Assembly (NCBI GenBank): GCA_963807635.1
Contig: CAWEDJ010000072.1
Location: 1 to 11,887, forward strand
Direction of reading: 5' to 3'
Length of the DNA stretch: 11,887 nucleotides
Origin: an uncultured cyanobacterium
GTDB taxonomy: Bacteria; Cyanobacteriota; Cyanobacteriia; Cyanobacteriales; Microcystaceae
Shown: positions 1 through 7,541 of the stretch, piece by piece
Position numbering within the stretch: position 1 is the stretch's first letter
Layout: the number at the start of each line of letters is the position of its first letter
The notes under the pieces: generated by a model
Told to the model about the DNA's origin: nothing
Databases searched by the model: none
What the model saw: only the letters and a program-made list of their open reading frames with translations
Position numbers and translations under genes: made by a program

Positions 1-18
1 CTGATTGATGACACGCTC
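1..18. mobile_element. Possible terminal inverted repeat of an IS5-family-like element inserted into the IS701 transposase
   Basis: The minus strand reads TA|GAGCGTGTCATCAATCAG, resembling IS5-family (IS427-group-like) ends next to a TA target. At this point the IS701 protein gives ELERVINQ rather than the expected ELGFxxxLVLADSxYG. Only 18 nt are visible. Confidence 0.45.
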
Positions 19-558
19 TAACTCTTTCAGGTTTTTAATCATTTCTGCTGCAATTTTTGGCTCACTTTTGTATTCATCTACTTCTTTTAATCTTGACTTT
101 GATTTGTACACTTCACTTAATAAGGGGAATGTCATTCCTCTTATTACGCCATAGGCTGTTACTGCCACTATTCCATTTTCTATCTTTCCTAGATTTCCTA
201 TGTATTGTCTCTTCACATAATCTGTTTTATTCCCTTTTTTTCTATCTCCTGTTTCGTCTATAATTACCATTATTTCTTCCTCTTTTACTTCATTTAAAAT
301 TAATTTTAATCTTCTCTTTCTTACTTCCTCTACTGACCACTCTGATTTTCCTATAAAATAATCTATTCCCTGACTATTTTCTAGCCCCGCTACTTCCGCT
401 ATTGCTGGAAATGTCTTTCTTTTTTTCTCTGATATTAATCCCAAGTGCAGATATTTAAAATATTCATAACTTCTCACTTCTGGGAATAAGTCTCTATACA
501 CTTCACAGTATTCATCAATGAATTTCACTGTTTCTTGGGCTACCCGTGGCTTAACCAT
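1..558 (-). CDS. IS701-family transposase, N-terminal 186 codons (runs off the window; probably truncated)
   Basis: Not in the ORF track. Manual translation from the ATG at 558 gives MVKPRVAQETVKFIDEYCEVYRDLFPEVRSYEYFKYLHLGLISEKKRKTFPAIA...IIDETGDRKKGNKTDYVKRQYIGNLGKIENGIVAV..., which matches the cyanobacterial IS701 signature (DETGDxKKG, RQYIGNLGKIENG). A GAGGTAGGTGG RBS-like sequence lies upstream. Confidence 0.9.
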   Translation of the reverse strand, partial: MVKPRVAQETVKFIDEYCEVYRDLFPEVRSYEYFKYLHLGLISEKKRKTFPAIAEVAGLENSQGIDYFIGKSEWSVEEVRKRRLKLILNEVKEEEIMVIIDETGDRKKGNKTDYVKRQYIGNLGKIENGIVAVTAYGVIRGMTFPLLSEVYKSKSRLKEVDEYKSEPKIAAEMIKNLKELERVINQ

Positions 559-609
559 ATACCACCTACCTCTTTTAGGGATTTTTCTTAATTATAACTC
601 TCCTTCTCT

Positions 610-2316
610 GGGTACCAACTTAAGGCGGGACACCTTAGAGGGTAGGCTTTTTGGACTTTGGGGATTTGAGAGTTCTTCTTGGTCTAGGTAACTCTCCCAT
701 ACGTGGGATAACCCACTCAAATAAATCTGGGAATGGTTGAGCGAATAATCTTTGTGCAGCAGTGCTACCATCGTCACGTCTAATCCCAAAATTATGAATG
801 ATAGTTAACACTCTCAATGTTTGTTGTGTGAATCCCCGACCTGCGTGATGAAGACCAGATAGGTAGGCATTACGCCCCTCAACGGCAGAGAATGTGCGTT
901 GGAACTTAGCACACATCCAAATAGCCCAATCAACCCACTGCTGTTGCTCAAAGGGAGTTAGATGTTGGGTCAAATCATTAGCCAGAAAGCATTCTCTTGC
1001 TGATTGTGCCGCCTGCTCATAGCCCCGTTTAAGTTGTGGTTGACGAGTCTTTTGGGTTTGTTGGTGCCAATAGACCCAAGGTAGAAGACAGTTTAGTACC
1101 CAGTTGTGGATTTCAGGGTCTTGGGTTTGAACAGACAGAGCTTGAAGTACCCACTGCCACCAAGCATGGAGTAAACCTGATAAACAGGGTAGTTGTCGTT
1201 TCCAGCGATAAGAAAGCATCTTGACCCTTGGTGGGAGAATAGATTTGGCTGAGTCGTTCCAAGACAGATAAATGAGGTTGTAAATGTACGGGTAACTCTA
1301 TTCCCATCTGGGACTCACCCGTTTCAAGATGAAAGGGATGAATAGATTGAGAAAGTGCCTGTAAACTTGTTTGATACTCTTGATGGGCAATGGCAACTGT
1401 GAGCTGTTGTGCTTGTACTGCAAGAAGTAGAGCTTGGGCATCTGGCGATGATTTGCCCATTAAGGCTACCTGTTCTTTTTGCAGGCGTGACTGCTGCAAG
1501 CTAATTGCCCTACCGATGGATTGGCTAAAATCACGCAACAGATGGAATACGTCTGGTACCGTCGGACAGTTTAAGCCACTTAAAGCCAGTTTTGTCAAAG
1601 CTTTTGCTCCATCACTCACCATAAAACGGCAGTTCCACTGCTCAGGATTGAACCAGCTACTCACCTCCTTCCACCATGTTTCATAAGTTCGATTTTCACA
1701 CTCAATTTCGCTGAAAATGAATCCACTGGCTAATTCTATCGCTACTAGAATCGGTAGTCCAAAAAAAGTTTCATCTACTCCCACACAAATACTGATGGTC
1801 GTTGCTCCGTGACATTCCTTGGATTGTGCTTGCTCATAGTCGATTATTTTTGTTTTTAGCTGCACTTCCATTGCCCTAATAGCACTTGGAGAACAACCGA
1901 TCTGCTCCTCTAGCCGCAACAAATGGAAAAAATCTGACAGACTACCCCCTCCTATCCCACCTTTGATACCAAGGCAATAGATAACTCCAAATACTAGCAG
2001 TCTCAACCAATCCTGCCCTTCCGTTGTCTCCCACATCTGAGATTCAGGATATTTTTGCCGCCTGAATTGGGTTGTCAGATGACGCTGGACACTACTTTTG
2101 GAAATTCCCAGAATTTTGGCAATGGCTCTACGGCTAAGATTCGTACCTTCTTGCCAGCACAGCGAGACTTTTTGCCATCTTTCTCGTATATTGATTTTCA
2201 TCGTTACTCTAATTTTTGTCGATTAAGAGTACGATAATAGCCCTTGTGACTAATCACCTGGGCTTTCCTTTGCTTTTAAAATACAACCCATTCTGTCCCG
2301 CTTTATGTTGCTACCC
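610..2316 (-). mobile_element. Complete 1707-bp insertion sequence encoding a DUF6399-like DDE transposase
   Basis: TIRs GGGTACCAACTTAAGGCGGGACA (610-632) and the reverse complement of 2294-2316, GGGTAGCAACATAAAGCGGGACA, match at 20/23. Direct repeat CCTTCTCT flanks the element at 602-609 and 2317-2324. Confidence 0.92.
635..2201 (-). CDS. DUF6399-like transposase (N-terminal HTH plus DDE), split by one frameshift near 1210-1222
   Basis: ORFs 1113-2201 and 635-1219 join to ~520 aa. HTH: SRRAIAKILGISKSSVQRHL. Motifs: GVDETFF, VSDGAKAL, PDVFH, FQRTFSAVEGRN, HNF..RxDGSTAAQRLF. The ORF fills the space between the TIRs. Confidence 0.85.
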
Positions 2317-2334
2317 CCTTCTCTGATAGAACAG
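2317..2334 (-). mobile_element. Displaced left end of the IS701-family element
   Basis: Removing 610-2324 restores the minus-strand sequence CTGTTCTATCAGAGAAGGAGAGTTATAAT...ATG. This gives an IS701-like terminus (CTGTTCTATC) ~60 nt upstream of the transposase start. Confidence 0.6.
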
Positions 2335-2354
2335 CGATATGAGCGATCGCTAAT

Positions 2355-2521
2355 TTAAACAGATGGACGAACCACTCGAATCAACTTCCCCCGCAATGAT
2401 TCCTCTGCTCTCACCGCCTCATCAACCCGTGCAGCAAACTGTTCCCAATTACGATTGTTCGTACAAACACCAATTCCACAACCTGAAAGGGAAACTGCTC
2501 ATTCGTATAAAAACGTGCCAT
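2355..2521 (-). pseudogene. DUF5615/PIN-like (VapC45-like) toxin, internally deleted and frameshifted
   Basis: The N-terminus MARFYTNEQFPFQVVE(L) is joined, in a different frame, to the C-terminus GIGVCTNNRNWEQFAARVDEAVRAEESLRGKLIRVVRPSV*. The span is 167 nt, not a multiple of 3. It starts 3 nt after the DUF433 stop. Confidence 0.8.
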
Positions 2522-2524
2522 CCC

Positions 2525-2851
2525 CTAAGCCGCCTCATTTTGCTCAATCACCAAATCAATCTCATCCGCATGAGCCGCCGCATATGCCCAAGCATTTGCT
2601 AAATCCGTAGCCGTAATCGTTGGATAGCTCGTTAACAAATCAACATCGCTATATCCAAGACGGCGAGCTTCCACCAGCACCCAAACAGGAATTCTTGTAT
2701 TCACAATGCAAGCCTCTCCTCCACAAACCCTTGGTGTTTTTTCAATTCCTTGCCAATTGCTACCAAGACTTTGAGCAAGTAACTGGATCACCTGCACTTT
2801 TTCACTAGGTCTGAGGGCAAGAAGTTGCTGTTCTAACTCTTTGACGATCAC
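2525..2851 (-). CDS. DUF433 family protein (VapB45-like putative antitoxin)
   Basis: Motif IEKTPRVCGGEACIVNTRIPVWVL...SYPTITATDLANAWAY. GTG start. Lies directly upstream of the PIN-like remnant. Confidence 0.9.
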   Translation of the reverse strand: MIVKELEQQLLALRPSEKVQVIQLLAQSLGSNWQGIEKTPRVCGGEACIVNTRIPVWVLVEARRLGYSDVDLLTSYPTITATDLANAWAYAAAHADEIDLVIEQNEAA

Positions 2852-3089
2852 AGGTGTAAATCCTCATCATGCTTTAGCAAAATATTCAATTTACCATTTT
2901 ACATCCTACTCTAACAGCCATTGAACATAAACTTTCCAATTAAAGAGAAATGATTGCCAATACACTTAAGCACAAGATGACAAAACGATCGCCGATCTGT
3001 AGCTTGGGTTAACAATCATAAAACCCAAAATTCCTCTTATCAAATAATCGCAACAAGAAGCAATCCCCAAAGAGTGAACCCTTAAACGT

Positions 3090-3095
3090 TAGAAT
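3090..3095 (+). promoter_or_regulatory. Candidate -10 element (TAGAAT) for prfC
   Basis: Near-consensus hexamer 65 nt upstream of the ATG. No clear -35. Confidence 0.35.
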
Positions 3096-3160
3096 AGAAG
3101 ACTATTTTGCTTTTAAACAAACTTTCCTAACCTTCAATTTTTTCACGAAAATTACCCGCT

Positions 3161-4792
3161 ATGACGACCGAATGCTTACCCGAACTCGAAAACGCGGTTC
3201 AGCAACGCCGAAATTTTGCCATTATTTCCCATCCTGACGCGGGAAAAACAACGCTGACCGAAAAATTATTATTGTACGGGGGAGCCATTCACCAAGCAGG
3301 AGCTGTCAAAGCTCGACAGGCCCAACGCAAGGCCACTTCGGATTGGATGGAAATGGAGAAACAACGGGGAATTTCCATCACTTCGACGGTTTTACAGTTC
3401 AAATATCAGGATTTTCAGATTAACTTATTAGATACCCCTGGTCACCAAGATTTTAGTGAAGATACCTACCGTACCCTAGCGGCGGCGGATAATGCGGTGA
3501 TGCTGATTGATGTAGCCAAAGGACTAGAACCCCAGACCCGTAAGTTGTTTGAAGTTTGTCGTCTGCGATCGCTGCCGATTTTTACCTTTATTAATAAACT
3601 AGACCGACCAGGGCGAGAAGCCTTGGAATTATTGGATGAAATTGAGAAGGAATTAGGATTACCGACCTATGCAGTGAATTGGCCGATTGGCATGGGCGAT
3701 CGCTTTAAGGGAGTATTTGACCGACAAAAACGAGAAGTCCACCTCTTTGAACGTCGAGATCATGGCAGTAAAGTTGCCCAAGAAACGATCATGAGATTGG
3801 ATGATCCCCGTCTTGAAAAACTCTTAGATCCTGAACTTTATGCCCAACTTCAGGAAGATTTGGAATTACTGCATGAATTAGGCGGAGAACTGGATTTAGA
3901 AGCCGTTCATGCGGGACAAATGACACCTGTTTTCTTTGGTAGTGCCATGAGTAATTTCGGGGTGGAATTATTTCTCGAAAACTTTTTAAAATACGCCCTC
4001 GAACCAGGCGGACGCAATTCATCCTTGGGAATTTTGGAGCCGACCTATCCTGAATTTACGGGTTTTGTTTTTAAACTTCAGGCTAATATGGACCCGAAAC
4101 ACCGCGATCGCGTGGCCTTTGTGCGGGTTTGTACGGGGAAATTTGAAAAAGATATGGTCGTCAGCCATGCCCGAACGGGAAAAACCGTGCGCCTCTCCCG
4201 TCCCCAAAAACTCTTTGCCCAAGACCGTGAATCCATCGAAGAAGCCTATCCTGGCGATGTGATTGGTTTGAATAATCCAGGGGTTTTTGCGATCGGCGAT
4301 ACCATTTATAACGGTCAAAAATTAGAATATGAGGGAATTCCCTGTTTTTCCCCCGAACTATTTTCCTATTTAAAAAATCCCAATCCCTCGAAATTTAAAC
4401 AATTTCAAAAAGGTATTCAGGAATTACGGGAAGAAGGAGCCGTTCAAATCATGTATTCCCTCGATGAATTCAGACGAGAACCCATTCTGGCTGCTGTTGG
4501 ACAATTGCAATTTGAAGTAGTGCAGTTTCGGATGCTGTCGGAATACGGGGTTGAAACGACCTGGAAGGTTTAGGCTACAGTCTCGCTCGTTGGGTGGCGG
4601 GGGGTTCGCGCTGCCATCGAAAAAGCAGGACGAGTCTTTAATACCTTAACCGTAAAAGATAATTGGGATCGACCTGTTTTACTCCTTAAAAATAGCTGGA
4701 ATTTACAGCAAATTATGGGAGATCATCCTGAGTTAAAATTAACGGCGATCGCGCCAGTGGGATCGGGCTTACAACCACTTTCTGCGGTTTAA
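3161..4792 (+). CDS. prfC: Peptide chain release factor 3 (two compensating indels at ~4560 and ~4606-4609)
   Basis: Motifs [73 protein letters not shown]. The C-terminus continues [12 protein letters not shown]...[24 protein letters not shown]...PLSAV* to the TAA at 4790-4792. Confidence 0.97.
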
Positions 4793-4808
4793 TTATGGAT
4801 CAATGCTC

Positions 4809-4904
4809 TATAGCGATATTAATGCAAGAGAGATAGGACTAAAGCTCAATTAACAAGGGGCTTAAGCCCCTTGCCCATACCTCATACGATTGTACATCGC
4901 TATA
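4809..4904. repeat. MITE-like element with TATAGCGAT inverted ends and a central 20-bp perfect palindrome
   Basis: TATAGCGAT (4809-4817) pairs with ATCGCTATA (4896-4904). Internal palindrome CAAGGGGCTTAAGCCCCTTG (4854-4873). Confidence 0.7.
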
Positions 4905-4936
4905 ACTCTTTGATTAATTCTTCCCAATTACTAAAA

Positions 4937-5117
4937 ATGCCTAATAATCAACATCAAAACAATCGCCAAACCCAGCTTATTTATGGGTTATTAGGTTTTT
5001 TATTTTTACTGACAGCGTTAGTAACAACCCATTATTTTCGGGTATCCATGATCGGCCTTAGTTACTTTTGTTTTAGCCTATTTGAGTAAAGGAATACGGC
5101 GACGGGGAATTCATTAA
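4937..5117 (+). CDS. Probable small two-helix membrane protein (~59 aa, one apparent frameshift at ~5056)
   Basis: MPNNQHQNNRQTQLIYGLLGFLFLLTALVTTHYFRVSMIG continues in a shifted frame as LVTFVLAYLSKGIRRRGIH*. This gives two hydrophobic stretches and a basic tail. Confidence 0.5.
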
Positions 5118-5149
5118 TCGCTTAACCTTCATCTTGCTAAAAAATAGTT

Positions 5150-6278
5150 ATGACTGAAAAAAGTAACCTCCTCCTAGTAGATGACACCCTGGATAACCTG
5201 CGATTGTTAGCGGCCATGCTTTCAGACAAAGGTTATCAAGTCCGCAAAGCCATCAATGGAAAAATTGCGATTAATACGATCCAACAAATGCAACCTGATT
5301 TGATTTTGTTGGACATTAATATGCCCGACCTAAATGGTTACGAAGTTTGCCAAATGTTAAAAGCAGATCCTTTAACCAAAGAAATTCCCATTATTTTTAT
5401 TAGTGCTTTAGATGACGTTTTAGATAAAATTAGAGCTTTTCAAGTAGGGGGAAGTGATTATATTATTAAACCCTTTCAACCAGAAGAATTGATCGCGAGA
5501 ATCGAAAATCAATTAACCATACGACAGCAAAAAAAACAACTCGAAATCGAAATTCAAGAACGCAAAAAGACCGAACAAGCTCTTCAGGTTTATCTTCACG
5601 TGGTTTCCCATGATTTACGCAATCCTGTTTTGGGAATGTCCTTAATTTTAAAAAATTCCCTCAATTCAGAGGAGACCAACTCCGACACCATCCCCCTTTC
5701 TCGTTCCATTGTTGAGCGGATGCGCCAAAAGTTCCGATCGCCAATTAGAACTGATTAATTCCCTAGTCGAAACCCAACAATTTGAAAGAGGGGGCGTAAT
5801 TCTTCATTGTCAGTCCCTCGTGTTAGAAAATTTTATTCATCAATTCGCGATCGAGTGGCAACCCTTACTCGATCAACATTCCGCTAGATTGATCCTAGAA
5901 ATTTCGCCTGACTTACCTGCGGTTTGGGCCGATAACAATTTATTATGGCGAGTTTTTGAAAACTTGATTGCTAATTCCCTGAAATATAATACGAATGACT
6001 TAGAAATTTGGATTAAAGCAGAACAACAGGACGAAAAAATTTATTTTACTATCCAAGACAACGGAATTGGCCTTGATGCTTCCAAGCAGACAGTCTTTTT
6101 GAGCAATACCAACGGGGGACTCATTCCCACCAAACCCTGGGACTAGGCTTGGGTTTATATCTTTGTCGTCAGATTATCGAAGCTCATCGTGGCCAAATTA
6201 GGCGCAATCGCCTCTCCAAATCAGGGCGCGGAATTTTGGTTTACCCTGCCCCTAGCCCCCGAATTGCATCGGCATTGA
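5150..6278 (+). CDS. Hybrid response regulator/sensor histidine kinase (REC-HisKA-HATPase_c), three apparent frameshifts (~5725, ~6082, 6200)
   Basis: REC: LLVDD, PDLILLDINMP, FISA, YIIKPF. H-box VSHDLRNP. N-box VFENLIANSLKY. G1 IQDNGIG. F-box LFEQYQRG. G2 GLGLGLYLCRQIIEAH. Ends QGAEFWFTLPL...* at TGA 6276-6278. Confidence 0.92.
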
Positions 6279-6417
6279 TTGAGGAAGAGGGTCCATCAAA
6301 TCAAAACCAGTCTCTCCCATTCTCTTTGAGAGAATCCATGTGATACACTCATTATTAGTGGAAATATCATTAACCACTTTTAACCCCCTGAATCACCCTC
6401 CAGGTAGATTCTCAAGC

Positions 6418-6446
6418 TTGACAATTGTTGCTGGATCAACTAGCCT
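6418..6446 (+). promoter_or_regulatory. Candidate sigma70-type promoter for the rne leader
   Basis: Perfect -35 TTGACA (6418-6423), 17-nt spacer, then TAGCCT (6441-6446, TAnnnT). Confidence 0.45.
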
Positions 6447-7046
6447 CCACTAGATACATTGGAAGAGAAGCACCTCTGGGTGAAGGACTGCCAGAACTCT
6501 AGTGTAGGTAGATTCGTTGGAACACAAACATTCCCCCTTTTTGCCCTGTGTCAGTTAGTTTGCACCAAAAGCTTGCACCTAAATACACTACCTAACAAAG
6601 GATTGGAATCGCAACCATTTTTTTACGCTCTCAATCATTGTCTGAGACGTTCCATCACGGATCTCTCTATTCATCATTATCATCAAACTTCATTCTTTTT
6701 TAAAGATGCAGAAACAGAGAACAATAACTTCAACCTCTAGGAATAAAAACCCGATTTATAAATTCTGATTTACCATTCAAGTCTTCTGAATTATTGAAAT
6801 AAGGAAAGATTAACGACTATTAATCAGATTCAGTATTAAGTTGAATCATTACTTCCGCTTTCAATGAATCTCGTAACAAATTTTTACTTTTGGAAGATAA
6901 ATAGCGATCAAATTAAGGACAAGTAAGATAAGCATTTTGCTTGGAGAGATTGGGACGTTCATATAACCCATTAAATCCTTAAAAAATATCAATTTATTAT
7001 TCACACCAAAAGTCTTAAACCCCATTTAACTGAAAACAACAGTTTT

Positions 7047-7290
7047 AGCCTCCTAAATCCCCATACTGGGGACTTGCCAGAGTCAGACTAGTCTTAACTT
7101 TTCCCCAGAAGTTGCCCACTGTGTACACACAAGTCATAAGAATTCCCCCCAGCCCCCCTTTGAAAGAGGGGAAACGGACAAATTAACGGTTTGAAGTCTC
7201 CCTTACCCAGGGGCATTTAGGGGAATAAGCCCTAAAAGCTTGTCTTTTTTTAATGTGTACATGGTAGCCAAGGTTAGAAGCTAGAAGGCT
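7047..7290. repeat. Cluster of cyanobacterial palindromic dispersed repeats with an embedded TGTACACA-ended MITE-like unit (7116-7267)
   Basis: AGCCTCCTAAATCCCCATACTGGGGACTTG (7047-7076) resembles 10292-10325. CCACTGTGTACACA (7116-7129) matches the reverse complement of 7254-7267 at 11/14. Internal CCCC..GGGG hairpin repeats lie at ~7143-7225. Confidence 0.7.
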
Positions 7291-7530
7291 AAACGCTCAA
7301 GTTCTCAGCATAAATAAGGTTTACTTCCCAATTTATCGTAGTCATTTTTTGATTGTAGAATCCTTTAATTTTTAGCCAAAATCTAGTTCTTCCCTATTAA
7401 AAAGAAGACAAGCGGCTAAAAAGTTAAGGTTATTGTCACAATCTAAATTCCTGCCATCCCTAGCTTTTCCCCCTAATCCAACCCAAAAGATACTGCTCAA
7501 AGAAAGTATCTAGGTTGACAATCAAAACTT

Positions 7531-7535
7531 GAGGA
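7531..7535 (+). promoter_or_regulatory. Ribosome binding site of rne
   Basis: GAGGA 6 nt before the ATG at 7542. Confidence 0.7.
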
Positions 7536-7541
7536 ACTTTC

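Noticed and set aside
57..263. 68-aa hydrophobic + strand ORF
   Set aside because: Antisense shadow of the purine-rich IS701 transposase. The T/C richness produces the Leu/Phe bias.
592..2237. Short ORFs 592-789, 1036-1224, 1390-1686 and 2055-2237
   Set aside because: Alternative-frame or antisense overlaps of the transposase, with no recognisable motifs.
2363..2808. + strand ORFs 2363-2602 and 2620-2808
   Set aside because: Antisense to the DUF433/PIN module.
4555..4612. Programmed frameshifting in a release factor gene, by analogy with prfB
   Set aside because: This is prfC, there is no CTT-TGA slippery site, and similar indels occur throughout the window.
6461..6500. Resemblance to a glycine riboswitch (GAGA..CACC..GAAGGA..CTCT)
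   Set aside because: Spacing is too short, the CTCTCAGG motif is missing, and the gene context is unrelated.
6459..6740. 93-aa ORF in the rne upstream region
   Set aside because: TTG start, no RBS and no recognisable motif. The region is better explained as leader RNA, though a uORF cannot be excluded.
7515..7520. Perfect TTGACA near the rne start
   Set aside because: Its -10 would overlap the start codon, and no matching hexamer is present.
6279..7541. CRISPR array or tRNA in the long intergenic region
   Set aside because: No regularly spaced direct repeats and no cloverleaf or T-loop motif were seen.
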